This document shows positions 49,373 to 62,430 of a stretch of 64,000 nucleotides of DNA, piece by piece. Numbering within the stretch: the stretch's first letter is position 1; each line of letters starts with the position of its first letter. Origin of the DNA: Squalus acanthias (Eukaryota); contig CM059439.1 in the NCBI GenBank assembly GCA_030390025.1, positions 82,522,001 to 82,586,000 of the forward strand, in the 5' to 3' direction. The translations under genes and the position numbers were made by a program. The notes beneath the pieces were generated by a model, which saw nothing but the letters and a program-made list of their open reading frames with translations, made no database searches and was not told the origin of the DNA.

Positions 49373-51484
49373 CTCCAAAATGGCTACTGGAATTGGAGAG
49401 TAACCCACACAGACAGGCTCATTTACCAAAACTGTGCCAAGAATTACTTTTAAAAGCCCTTGTTGACATGGACTACACTGCAGCAGGTTGTGCACGGGAA
49501 CATTGGCCACGAAGCAGTTGAAGACCAAGAATTGTGAGAATCGCCCTGGGACAATTCGTGCATCTATCCTGGGAGTCAGTTACAAAGCAGCATTCACAGC
49601 AGTCTGGGACCACATCCCCTAGCACATCTTTGTCGGGCAACGAATCGTGTATGGTACAGGGGATCTGGAAGGAAAAAAATGGCCAATGCTCTTGCTATTA
49701 CATCGACTGACATCAGCCCAGTCAGCTCAGGCTGGGAACTGCACAGGGGGGCGTCACGGAGGTGAAATACCTCAACGCCAAACAAAATACTCCTTTTTCC
49801 CATAATTCGCAAACTAACAAAATTGCACATTACAAATGAACACACTTCCACGATTCTTCTTCAGGAAACATTAACTCCATTAACAGAGTTATTTGACACC
49901 CTGCTCTGTACGGCTCAGCTACACAGTGAATTCACCACCCCAGCCTGCACTGGAGCTTTAATGCTAATTACCCGCCCCCCAATTCTTCACTGCTCTCCAC
50001 TACAGATGACGACCTGGTCACTAGGAGGTATGCAAGACCTTCCTGGCAATTGTCCCTCCTGGGAAAACTAGGAGCTTTCACTCACCAACTTCCTTCAAAT
50101 AGCACATGCGAGATCACAATGCAATGGAGGGAAATATGGGATCATCCACGCAAGAAATTCAACACTCCACTTCCACGCAATACCAAATGAAAGAAGAAAG
50201 CAAAGCAAATTATTTCCCTCACCTCCCCCCAACTTTAAATAAATTAATTAATTTTACCACCTGAAATTGAGAATGTCAAGGCCAATGCTTTTCTATTCAA
50301 CGACAGTGCTCCAGTCATGCCAGGGCTGATTTGACATTATTCGATGTGCATTTGTGCTTTCGCTGCTCTCCATAGAAAGCAGCAGGCAGGACAGAGGAGT
50401 TTAGATCATTCAGCTGTTCCTCGTGAACACCTGGAGCAGTATCAGTGCTGGAGATTGCCATCTCTATACCTGCCCGAGGAGCCACGGTCATTCTACTTGC
50501 AATGTTGGTCCCAAGCAGAATTTAACATGGCTGGTCATGAATCATCACCTCTTCATGAGCTGGGCACAGTGGTACTCTGAGTCAGGGATTATGTAATTTA
50601 CATTGCTGGACAGACAGCAAGAAGCAGAAACTGGAATAAGTGCAAGAAACGCCATTTAGCAGTTAATAAATTTCCCACTTCACAGAGTCTGGTTATTAGT
50701 CTTGTTACAGAGATGACCAGATTAACCTGCCAAATAATGGAGCATTTTTTGTAGAAATATACTTTTAGTTTTCTCCACACTGGTGTGGACAATGATTTCA
50801 TTAACAATAGCCTCGAGAAAGTAGAAACACACAAGGCAACTCCATTTTTAAACTGGGCCCCAAAATTTCAATTCTAAACGTTTGTGCTTTTTAATTTTTC
50901 CCCCCTTTTGGTTAAGAATGTTGCCTTCCTTTTCCCCTTCCATGTCCCAGGGGAGTCAGCCACCAGTGCTTTTCTTGGCTTAACTATAACCCGCTGAGAA
51001 TCTGCACCCCTATTTGTAAAATAAACTCGTCTCCCAACAGCAACACCCCTCCATCGAGGCCACTCTGACGCTGCTCATTCCTAAGCCCACAGGCAACACT
51101 GCCAAGAAACCAATTGCAATATTTTAAATGTGCTTGGCAAGGACATTACTAATTATATTAAAACCGAGATTGTGTCAGCATGCTCCAGTCAACTCCACTT
51201 GCAATAAATGCATGCTTAATAAATGGTAGGAATTGAAGCCAAAATACCTTTTTGTAGAACTAATTCTGTTGATAACGTAGGAGGAACATTTATTTTGCGT
51301 ACTATTTTCCAATGCAATGCACATCAGAAATTAGAACTTCCTGATCCCTGTTCCGAGATAGCAGTTCACTGTCAGGGCAACTGTTGGGGAATAGTGGCCT
51401 CAAGTATCAATACAACTGGATGGGGGGGGGGTGGGGGGGGGGGAATAAGAGAGAATAAAATCAGCCAAAATTTTAAAAGCTTCC

Positions 51485-52835
51485 TCAGTTTAACCTCGGT
51501 AGTGGGGAAGCTTTTAGAAACAGTGATCAGGGACAAAATTGTCACTTGGATAGGTGTGGATTAATTAAGGAAAGCCAGCACGGATTTGTTAAAGGCAAAT
51601 CGTGTTTAACCAACTTGATCGAGTTTTTTGATGAGGTAACAGAGAGGGTTGATGAGGGTAATGCGGTTGACGTAGTGTACATGCATTTCCAAAAGGCGTT
51701 CGACAAAGTGCCACATAATAGGCTCGCCAGCAAAGTTGAAGCCCATGGAATAAAAGGGACAGTGACAGCATGGATATGAAATTGGCTAAATGACAGGAAA
51801 CAGAGAGTAGTGGTGAATGGTTGTTTTTTGGACTGGAGGAAGGTATACAGTGGTGTTCCGCAGGGGTCGGTTCTGGGACCACTGCTTTTCTTGATATATA
51901 TTAATGACTTGGATGTGGGTGCACAGGGCACAATTTCAAAATTTGCAGATGACACAAAACGTGGAAGCATAGTGGAGAGTGAGACACTTCAGGAAGACAT
52001 AGACAGGCTGGTGAAATGAGCAGACACATGGCAGATTAAATTTAATGCAGAAAAGTGTGAAGTGATACATTTTGGTAGAAAGAATGAGAGGCTTTATAAA
52101 CTAAATGGTACAATCCTAAAGGGGGTGCATGAACAGAGAGACTTGGGGGTATATGTGCACAAATCATTGAAGGTGGCAGGGCAGGTTGAGAAAGCGGTTA
52201 AAAAGGCTTATGGGATCCTGGGCTTCATAAATAGAGGTATAGAGTACAAAAGTGTGAAAATTATGATGAACCTGTATAAAACACTGGTTCGGCCCCAACT
52301 GGAGTATTGTGTCCAATTCTGGGCAGCACACTTTAGGAAGGATGTGAAGGCCTTAGAGAAAGTGCAGGAAAGATTTACGCGAATGATTCCAGGAATGAGG
52401 GACTTCAGTTACGTTGATAGACTGGAGAAGCTGGGGTTGTTCTCCTTGGAGCAGAGAAGATTGAGAGGAGATTTGATAGAGGTGTTCAAAATCATGAGGG
52501 GTCTAGACACAGTAGATAGAGAGAAACTGTTCCCATTGGCAGAAGGGTCGAGAACCAGAGGACACAGATTTAAGGTGGTTGGCAAAAGAACCAAAGGCGA
52601 CGTAAGAAAAAACTTTTTATGCAGCGAGTGGTTAAGATCTGGAATGCACTGCCTGAAAGGGTGGTGGAGGCAGACTTAATCTTATCTTTCAAAAGGGAGT
52701 TGGATAAATATCTGAAAGAAAAAAATTTGCAAGGCTACAGGGAAAGGGCAGGGGTGTGGGACGAGCTGAGAGTCGGCACGGGCTCAACGGGCCGAATGGC
52801 CGTCTTCCATTCTGCAACCATTCCTTGATTCTAAG
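51485..52835 (+). mobile_element. CR1 LINE fragment (RT to 3' end)
   Basis: [41 protein letters not shown] and TRGHRFK motifs. Confidence 0.92.
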
Positions 52836-52914
52836 ATTTCGGCTCGATTACAATTTGGTGACCTGTTCTGAGGGGGGAGAAAGAGGGAAGGAGGGAGGGG
52901 GACAAAGAAAATGG

Positions 52915-54786
52915 GGATGGACGGAGGGAGAGAGGGCGCGGGGAGGGAACGGAGGGAGAGGGGGCGCGGGGAGAGGGGGCGCGGGGAGAGGGGGCGCGGG
53001 GAGGGACGGAGGGAGAGGGGGCGCGGGGAGGGACGGAGGGAGAGGGGGCGCGGGGAGGGACGGAGGGGGCGCGGGGAGGGAGAGGGGGCGCGGGGAGGGA
53101 GAGGGGGCGCGGGGAGGGAGAGGGGGCGCGGGGAGGGAGGGAGGGAGGGAGAGGGGGGCGGGGAGGGANNNNNNNNNNNNNNNNNNNNNNNNNNNNNNNN
53201 NNNNNNNNNNNNNNNNNNNNNNNNNNNNNNNNNNNNNNNNNNNNNNNNNNNNNNNNNNNNNNNNNNNNNNNNNNNNNNNNNNNNNNNNNNNNNNNNNNNN
53301 NNNNGAGGGAGAGGGGGCGCGGGGAGGGAGGGAGAGGGGGCGCGGGGAGGGAGGGAGGGAGAGGGGGCGCGGGGAGGGAGAGGGGGCGCGGGGAGGGAGG
53401 GAGGGAGAGGGAGGGAGGGAGAGGGGGCGCGGGGAGGGAGGGAGGGAGAGGGGGCGCGGGGAGGGAGGNNNNNNNNNNNNNNNNNNNNNNNNNNNNNNNN
53501 NNNNNNNNNNNNNNNNNNNNNNNNNNNNNNNNNNNNNNNNNNNNNNNNNNNNNNNNNNNNNNNNNNNNNNNNNNNNNNNNNNNNNNNNNNNNNNNNNNNN
53601 NNNNNNNNNNNNNNNNNNNNNNNNNNNNNNNNGAGGGAGAGGGGGCGCGGGGAGGGAGGGAGGGAGAGGGGGCGCGGGGAGGGAGGGAGGGAGAGAGGGC
53701 GCGGGGAGGGAGGGAGGGAGAGGGGGCGCGGGGAGGGAGGGAGGGAGGGAGAGGGGGCGCGGGGAGGGACGGGGGGAGAGGGGGCGCGGGGAGGGACGGG
53801 GGGAGAGGGGGCGCGGGGAGGGACGGAGGGAGAGGGGGCGCGGGGAGGGACGGGGGGAGAGGGGGCGCGGGGAGGGACGGGGGGAGAGGGGGCGCGGGGA
53901 GGGACGGGGGGAGAGGGGGCGCGGGGAGGGACGGGGGGAGAGGGGGCGCGGGGAGGGACGGGGGGGAGAGGGGGCGCGGGGAGGGACGGGGGGAGAGGGG
54001 GCGCGGGGAGGGACGGGGGGAGAGGGGGCGCGGGGAGGGACGGGGGGAGAGGGGGCGCGGGGAGGGACGGGGGGGAGAGGGGGCGCGGGGAGGGACGGGG
54101 GAGAGGGGGCGCGGGGAGGGACGGGGGGAGAGGGGGCGCGGGGAGGGACGGGGGGAGAGGGGGCGCGGGGGAGGGACGGGGGGAGAGGGGGCGCGGGGAG
54201 GGACGGGGGGAGAGGGGGCGCGGGGAGGGACGGGGGGAGAGGGGGCGCGGGGAGGGAGGGAGGGAGAGGGGGCGCGGGGAGGGAGGGAGGGAGAGGGGGC
54301 GCGGGGAGGGACGGAGGGAGAGGGGGCGCGGGGAGGGAGGGAGGGAGAGGGGGCGCGGGGAGGGTCGGAGGGAGAGCGGGCGCGGGGAGGGACGGAGGGA
54401 GAGGGGGCGCGGGGAGGGACGGAGGGAGAGGGGGCGCGGGGAGGGACGGAGGGAGAGGGGGCGCGGGGAGGGACGGAGGGAGAGGGGGCGCGGGGAGGGA
54501 GGGAGGGAGAGGGGGCGCGGGGAGGGACGGAGGGAGAGGGGGCGCGGGGAGGGAGGGAGGGAGAGGGGGCGCGGGGAGGGAGGGAGGGAGAGGGGGCGCG
54601 GGGAGGGACGGAGGGAGAGGGGGCGCGGGGAGGGACGGAGGGAGAGGGGGCGCGGGGAGGGAGGGAGGGAGAGGGGGCGCGGGGAGGGAGGGAGGGAGAG
54701 GGGGCGCGGGGAGGGACGGAGGGAGAGGGGGCGCGGGGAGGGACGGAGGGAGAGGGGGCGCGGGGAGAGGGGGCGCGGGGAGGGAC
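52915..54786 (+). repeat. G-rich ~27-bp minisatellite, with assembly gaps at 53169-53304 and 53469-53632
   Basis: Unit approx. GGACGGAGGGAGAGGGGGCGCGGGGAG with GGAG/GGAC/GGGG variants in blocks; plus strand almost devoid of T. Confidence 0.95.
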
Positions 54787-56795
54787 AGAAAGTATACTTC
54801 AAAAGTACTTCTTTGGATGGAAAGCACTTTTCTTTCTTCATTTTGTATTGAGGATGCAAAGTTGCAAATAATTATTTATGCAAGCTAGCATCACAGGAAA
54901 GCACAATTCATCAATAGCAGCACAAGCTGCATCTCAGTCAGTTTGCGCACAGGCTGATTACCAGGTCAGACCAAGTGTGCAACTAACAGCACTGAGTTTT
55001 GTGAGCTGGAAAATCTTTTGTGAAGAATTTTTAAAAAATCAGCTGCCTAATGTTTTTATTTTTGACTTGTCATCAAGGTCATCACCAAAGCAAAGTCACA
55101 GTGCCAATTCTGCCACAGTAAGCACCTCCAGAGTAGGCAGTTTCAAATCAATGCAACGTCACCTTGGGCTGAAGCCAGAAGCAGTTGAAATGCTCCACCC
55201 AATCCGCAATGTCCTAGCCAGCAAAGTAGCTAACATCGGCCTGTATGGTTCTCCTGCAGTCAAACAGTTGCTTAAAACTGTAGGAGACGCTGTCCTGTAA
55301 CCAAGTGGAGAAGGGCCGCCCGACCCCCGTCTCCCATGCAATCAGTTACTTCAGGAATAGGATCTGCAATGCAGGTTAAATGTGTAATGCGAGCAGAGAA
55401 AATAGACTGCAACGGTAAAAATCCAACATGGCTGTAAAACAGCTCTCGACATTCTTATACTTCGAGTCTACCCGGTGCGCGCACATATCTTTAAGCTGCC
55501 CTGCAGAGTCAGTCAGCTTTGTGAAACAGCATCTTTTATTTGCCCATTACTTCTGACAAATGTGCACACTGGGCAGGTGGATACAAATGATGCAATTCAG
55601 TTCTGCCGTCAACAGTAATCACTGCATTTACTTTACTACAAGTTTCGCCAAGGGAATAAGCAACAAAACGGTCACAAAAAGTCTTACTGGATCTGGAGCA
55701 TAAGGACTGCATTATCTTTGCCATCAATGCTGCTGCCTCCTCTGCTCAGTGACCCAGTGCTGCCATTCCCAAACGAGTGTGATGTACGACTCCAGTTTAT
55801 TCAATCGATGGCTTTTTCCCCCCCACAGAACCCCATTATTCACAAATGATTACTAACGAGTCATTGCTCACTACTCTCTGTATAGCTGCAGTCGACGGGT
55901 CAGATAAATGGCTCAGGAACAAATGCTGACTGAAAAGTATTTCTCGCCAATACATCGATACGTCAACACCATGAGCCTGTCAGACTGAGGTGATGATAAT
56001 TTATCTGACACTTTCTCTGGCTTTAACAAATCTTTTCTTCAATTGCGTGCAATTGGGATAATCAGAGAAGTTACTGTTTTATGATTAAACCACAAGCAAC
56101 AACAGCACACCATAGTGCAATCTGTCTATTATGATCACAATGAACTTTGGGGAGAGAGCAGGGTAGCAAGATTCGTTTTGGATTACTCGAAGAAAGACTC
56201 GATGGGCCGGGAGGCCTCCTTCTGTGTTGTAAATTTCTATCTGTCTATGACTCATGGACCGCAATTTACAGCTGGCCATTTTATTAACGATCTTAAGGAG
56301 CAAACCCTAGCTACCACCCAACTACTGCATAAGTAAAATCAAAGTTTTTAAAATATGATTGAAAATATAATATGACAATGGAAACTTATCACTATCACAG
56401 TGCATATAAAGTTACAATGAGAAAAAAATCAAACTCCTTTGCTGGAGACAAGTAGTGGGCAACTTCAGGGATTACAATTCTCGGAGATATAACAGAAGAT
56501 AAGGGCCGGCATTTTCTGTACCTGGGCGGGTTGGGTGCGGGCGGTCGACATGGCGGGGCGCTCCCCCATTCCTCATTCCATTCCGCTCCCGAGATCCACT
56601 TTCACTTAATGGTGCCTGTTAAGGCAGCCCTGCATGTTACCCCGGCCCTATTAAATGGTGCGGGTCTGATGACATCATTGATGTGTTTTCAGCCGGGATA
56701 TTTAAAGGAGCCATGGCTACATTGCATTTGAAGGTTCATCTAGGAGTGTGCAGGCACTGTACTGGTGCATTGGAGTGTTGCGAAGACTTGGAAAC

Positions 56796-58924
56796 ATGAC
56801 TGCACAGAGGCAGAGGGCTGCACCCAGGTTCTCCGATGACTCCCTCCATTTGCTTTTGGAGGGAGTCAGAGCATGCAGGGAGGTCCTCTTCCCTTCTGAT
56901 GGGTGGAAAAGACCTCCCCAACAGACCAAAGGAGCCTGGTTGGAGATTGCAGAGGAGGTGAACAGCAAGGATGTTGTCAGGAGGACCTGGGTGCAGTGCC
57001 AGAAACGTTTCAATGATCTCATTCGATCAGGAAAGGTGAGTGCAAAGCCAAACTCGACATCCTGCTGTGCCTCTCATCACATCCCAACCACTCTGCCTTC
57101 GCAAGCCTGCTCCTGCACCTCATTACTCGCACCAGCATGCCTTGCAAGTCCACCCATCCCTCTCTATCTACATTATCAGATCCCCATCTGACTAACCACC
57201 CCTCACACTCATCTTAATGCAATCATACCAACTAACAACACACAAGGATTTGGCATTGGCACCCCACTCCATCACAGTCACCCTCGAAAGATGTAACCCA
57301 TCCATTCCTTAGTCATTAAATCACTCTCACTCAAACTTATCTTCTTTCCCTCCTTGCAAGAGAGCCCAAAATAGTTGGGAGAGGGAGAGAACCAGAGGTG
57401 GCCCTTCATCAGTGGCCACCTTAACTGCAGCAGAGGAGGTTGCCCTGGAAGTATCAGGAGTCACAGAGCAGCTGGCGGAAGAAGAGGGAGACATCTCAGC
57501 AACCTGGTGACAAAATTACATCTCATACAGCCACATGCCATACAGCAGTCACTAATATAGTCACTCATATAGGGACTGATGTCAGCAGCCAGCGAATGCT
57601 CATCATGTGCATAATGGTATCGTTACCCATTCTTGACAGCACACTTCTAAATCTCTTTACTCTCCCACAGGTCCATTGAGAGCCCCCTCTCCCACTGTCG
57701 AGGAGGACGGCTCCTCAGAGGAGCCTCCAGCCTTTGAGGTCGCACCGTCACCAGACTTAAGCGCATCCAGCACCCCCGCAGATACTTACACCTCAGTGGG
57801 TCCCGCGCGAGATAGAGTAGTGCTGTCACCTGGTGTGCCACACGTCACAAGTGAGCAAAAGCAGATGGAGGAGACAGTGACAGCAGTGGAGACTCCTCAC
57901 CAGAGGGCGCAAAACGTTCCCAGCTCTGCTCAGCTGCATGCAGACGCTGAGCCTCGGGGGCCAGCCAGAAAGAGAGCGATCCTAGTGTTTTTTTTTATTA
58001 GTTCATGGGATGCGGGCGCCGCTGGCAAGGCCAGCATTTATTGCCGATCCCTAATTGCCCTCGAGAAGGTGGTGGTGAGCAACCTTCTTCAACCGCTGCA
58101 GTCTGTGTGGTGAAGGTACTCCTACAGTGCTGTTAGGGAGGGAGTTCCAGGATTTTGACCCAGCGACGATGAAGGAACGGCAATAGACTTCCAAGTCAGG
58201 ATGGTGTGTGACTTGGAGGTGATGGTGTTCCCATGCGCCTGCTGCCCTTGTCCTTGTGCAGGAAGAAGTGCAGGAGGCTTTGGTAGGTTTTGCAATAACG
58301 ATGTCTGCAAATGTGCAGAGAATGGAGGAGTCCATCTCCAACATGAGCATCCCCGTGTCGCAGGCGATGGCGACTGTATGCTCTTCCATGGAAAGGATAG
58401 CCACCTGTATGGAGCAGCTATTGCATCACTCACAGAAGCACATGGTATCTATGGCGAATAGATGGCTATCTATGGAGAATGGATGACTATCTATGGAGAA
58501 TGGATGGGAGACGCTCATAGACCTCCTCTCTCGGAGGGATGTCAACGTAGACTTGGGTCCTCATGGCCCCACTACTGTGTAGCAAAGTGCTCTCCACCTC
58601 CTCGCTAGCTGAGAGGGATGATGGCGAGGGGACATGGAAGTGGGGGCTCCTCTCAAAGCGTTCTCACTTCTCCCCCGTTGCCTCCCTCTCAGTCAGAGTC
58701 CCACATGCCTCCTGGGATCGCGATGGCTGGAGTCTGCCCCTGCATAGTTGCAGGAGGAACAGACTTTGGCGGAGCCATCACAGGCTCCAAGACCCAGAGG
58801 ACGTCCGCCAAAAGTGTCTATGCAGTCGCAGCAGGGAAGTGAGCAGGCTGCCTCTACCTTCGCTGAAGCCACAGGGGTAGCACCTTGTAGAAGCATGCGT
58901 AAGAGAAAGATGAAACACAAGTAG
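56796..58924 (+). pseudogene. Harbinger ORF1 Myb/SANT-like DNA-binding protein (spliced, disrupted)
   Basis: Exon 56796-57035 encodes RAAPRFSDDSL..LL..V..AWLEIAEEVN...RTWVQCQKRFNDL (Myb/SANT), with donor AAG|GTGAGT. Further pieces at ~57361 and after the acceptor at 57670, a coiled coil from 58256, and a basic end RKRKMKHK*. Confidence 0.8.
57988..58255 (-). mobile_element. Zenon-like LINE 3' end inserted in Harbinger ORF1
   Basis: Matches 5808-6087 (poly-T, GCTGGCAAGGCCAGCATTTATTGCC). Confidence 0.9.
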
Positions 58925-59200
58925 ATGATGCACAAGGGTAAGCACTTGGGTGTTTTATTAACTGTGTGAGTGACGTTTCCGTTAATTTGATGTCACAGAT
59001 AAAAATTATTTTCAACTCTTTCCGGTCATGGCCAATTCTGTCTGCAACTTTGGAAGTGGCTTAGTGAGTTGGAGTGAATGGTGAGACCTAATGTTACCTC
59101 CAGCAATGGTGGTCAGTGTGAAAGGAATGGCCTAATCGCTTTATGGAGTTGCTGTGGGGTTTTGGGAGCCTGGCGCAGCATATAGGTGTAATGCCTTAAG

Positions 59201-61663
59201 TTAAATAAATCTGTCCATTATGAGGCCATCCATGGCCTCCGGGCAGCAATGTGCTCGGGTGCTGATGGGATCTGGACCGCAGGTTCCTCCTGCTTCTCCT
59301 CCTCTTCCTCCTGCTCTGAAGAGGCTGTGCACTCAAAGCCTTACTCCTCATGTAGCGCTAATCCTCGCCGCTGCGCTATGTTGTGCAGGGCACAGAAGAC
59401 CACGACGATTCTGGAGACCCTGGCTAGTGCGTACTGAAGGGCTCCTCCAGATCTGTCAAGGCATCTGAAGCGCATTTTCAGCATGCCTATTGTCTGCTCT
59501 GACACATCTGGTGGAAGTGTGGTTTTTATTGTATCTCTCCTCAGACTCAGTACATGGCCCCCTCAAGGGTGTCATGAGCCACATCTTCAGTGGATAGCCC
59601 TTGTCTCCAAGCAGCCAGCCAGAAAGTCTGTTTTGAGGAGGGAAGAGCTGAGGGAGGGTGGACTGCCGCAGGACGAAAGAGTCAATACAGCAGCCAGGGA
59701 ATTTGGTGCACACATGCATGATGATCTTCCTATGGTTGCAGACAAGCTGCACATTGAGGGAGTGGAAGCCCTTGCGGTTGACAAAGACACCCTGCACCCG
59801 TGGGAAGCCAGCCAGCCAGAGCGGCAAAGTCGAGCGCCTGCTCAGTAACAATGGCTTCATCAGTGGCAAAGTTGATATAATTGGCTGACGTGACAAAAAG
59901 AGCATCGGTGACCTGTGTGATGCATCTGTGGGCAGCCGACTGTGAGATACCGCAAATATCTGCTGCAGATCCCTGGAAGGAGTCTGAGGTGAAGAATTTG
60001 AGGGCGATGGTGACTTTGACAGCCACTGGTAAGGCGTGTCCACCTGCTCCTCTGGGCTGCAGGTCTTGCTCCAGCAATGTGCAAATGTCTGCGACAACCT
60101 GGCACGATAGCCTGAGCCTCCTTTGGCACTGCTGCTCAGTCATGTTGAGGAAGCTCATCCTCTGCCTGTAAAAATTAACGGGCACTTGGAGAGGTTTAAG
60201 CTAATTAAGGAGAGCCAACACAGATTTGTAAAAGGAAGATCGTGTTTGACTAATCTAATTGAACTTTTATATGATGTAACAGAGAGGATTGATGAAGGGA
60301 ATGCAATGGATCTTGTCTACATGGATTTTCGGAAGGCGTTTGACAAAGTACCACATAGAAGGCTGGTTAACAAAATTGAAGCTCATGGAATAGGTGGGTC
60401 AGTGGCAGCTTGGATAAGGAATTGGCTTGAGGACAGAAAACAGCGAGTTGTGGTAAATGGCTGTTTTTCAGACTGGAGGATGGTCGACAGTGGTGTTCCC
60501 CAAGGGTCAGTGCTGGGGCCACTGCTTTTTTTGATATATATAAATAACCTGGATATTGGAATACAGAGTAGAATTTCTAAATTTGCCAATGACACCAAAC
60601 TTGGGGGCGTGGCAAACAGTGAGGATGATACTAATCGACTGCAACAGGACGTAGAAAGGCTAGCAGAATGGGCAGACAAGTGGCAAATGGAATTTAATAG
60701 AGAAGTGTGAGGTGATGCATTTTGGCAGAAGGGAGAGGCAATATACACTTAATGGTACAGTTTTAAAGAGTGTGCAGGGACAGAGGGACCTGGGAGTTAA
60801 TGTGCATAGGTCCCTGAAGGAGGCAGGACATATTGAGAGAGTGGTTAGCAAAGCATATGGGATCTTGGGCTTCATAAATAGGGGTATCGAAGTACAAAAG
60901 TAGAGAAGTTATGCTGAACCTTTATAAAGCGCTGGTTAGGCCACAACTGGAGTATTACGTCCAGTTCTGGTCACCACACTTTAGGAAGGATGTGAAGGAC
61001 CTTGAGAGGGTGCAGAGGAGATTTACCAGAATGGTTCCGGGGATGGGGGATCTTAGCTACAAGGACAGGTTGGAGAAGCTGTATTTGCTTTCATTAGAGC
61101 AAAGGAGGTTGAGGGGTGATTTGATAGAGGTGTACAAGATTATGACAGGTTTGGATAGGCTAGACAGGGGAAAGGCTGTTCCCACTAGTTGATGGTACAA
61201 GGACTAGGGGACACAGATTTAAGGTTTTGGGCAAGAGATACAGGGGGGATGTGAGGAAAAACTTTATGTAGCGAGTGGTGAGGACCTGGAACTCGCTGCC
61301 GACGGAAGTGGTGGAAGCGGAGACACTCAATGTTTTCAAGGGGAGACTGGATAGGCACTTGAGGGAAATAAACTTGCAGGGGGATAGAGCGGGGGAATGG
61401 GACTGACTGGATTGCTCTACAGAGAGCTGGCACGGACTCGATGGGTTGAATGGCCTCCTTCTGTGCCGTTATGACGCTATGACTATGACTCTACGACCCT
61501 GTGTTTGGTGGGATCACTTCCGGTGCGGTGCAGCCCTGCGCTGATGCCCTCTGTCCTGTGCAGCATCAGGTGGTTGAGGGGAAGGTTGGTGGTGCTGCTG
61601 GTGTTGGGGCTCATCGTGGTGCGATTCTGAGGACCAAGGTGAGACAGTATAAATGGCACCCAT
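59201..61663 (-). pseudogene. Harbinger DDE transposase (HARBI1/DDE_Tnp_4-like), frameshifted and split by CR1
   Basis: [37 protein letters not shown] (HTH), [34 protein letters not shown] and YN..H..TR motifs. Putative ATG at 61663 and stop at 59201-59203. Confidence 0.88.
60171..61494 (+). mobile_element. CR1 LINE fragment inserted in the Harbinger transposase
   Basis: [21 protein letters not shown] and FANDTK motifs; ATGACT-type tail. Removing it restores AGGGTC|TACAGG (R-V-Y-R) in the transposase. Confidence 0.92.
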
Positions 61664-62284
61664 GCTTATGTAATAGATGGCAGGTCAAGTAGAGATGAGA
61701 AGCAGCAATCCGTCAATGGTGTGATCGGTTCTACCAATGAGGTGACAGTGGATCCTGACTTTGCTGAAAACACTAGCAACCTTGAGAAAGCCAAGTCTGT
61801 GCTGACAATGTACTCAGCAACAGCATCTGCCTTAGCAAAGTAACCAGTTATCAGGTGAGAGAGTATTTATTGTGCTTTCCATGTAGTGCACTAATGAGTT
61901 CCATCAATGGCCACTCAACTTCCGCCTCAGATGTGGTTCCCGAGCTGCGTGATTCCCGTGGTCATCCAGTGAAATTGGAACGGTAGGGTTAAAAAGACGC
62001 TTAAGGATCTGACAAATACCTAATAATAATCGAAATTAGCTCGGCTGCCTCTGCCGTTCAGGTCGCTGCCACGCTGGCAAACACACCCGAGGGAAAGGCA
62101 CATGGAGACAGGATGACGACAGGTTCCTGACCCGCTCCAAGTTATTTCAACGTTCACTCCCGCCCCACCTCCAATCCCGCCTGCACGGACGGCAGAAAAT
62201 TCCAGCCACGATAATCACCACCCTTTCAAACCTCAGCACAAGTAATCCATTTGCAAAAAATAGATGAATAAATCCATACTGCCA

Positions 62285-62430
62285 GATTCCACAGCCTCCA
62301 GTTCCTTCCTAATTCTGGCCCCACCATGCAGCCTCCCATTCTAGCCCCACCATGTAGCCTCAGGTTCCTGCCCAATTCTGACCCCAGTGAGCAGTCTGAT
62401 CCTGGCCCCATTCTGCAGCCTCAGCATCCC
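62285..62430 (+). repeat. Degenerate C-rich tandem repeat
   Basis: Recurrent (G)CAGCCTC...TTCC...ATTCT.GCCCCACCATG units. Confidence 0.55.

Larger units (their letters stand above)
56503..62208. mobile_element. PIF/Harbinger DNA transposon (decayed, near complete, two nested LINE insertions)
   Basis: Imperfect TIRs GGGCCGGCATTTTCTG (56503-56518) and CAGAAAATTCCAGCCA (62193-62208); left flank TAA (TWA-type target); convergent Myb/SANT and DDE transposase genes. Confidence 0.85.

Noticed and set aside
52915-54786. CRISPR-like regular repeats
   Set aside because: No unique spacers and no cas genes; plain tandem repeat in vertebrate DNA.
52756-54888. Four 646-710 aa Gly/Arg- or Pro-rich ORFs
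   Set aside because: Artefacts of a 27-bp minisatellite with no stop codons plus N gaps; open in several frames on both strands.
60123-60710. 195-aa ORF as a transposase-RT fusion
   Set aside because: The N-terminus is antisense read-through of the transposase into an inserted CR1; chance frame continuity.
59201-61663. Domesticated HARBI1/NAIF1 host genes
   Set aside because: Frameshifts, stops, LINE insertions and flanking TIRs indicate a dead transposon copy.
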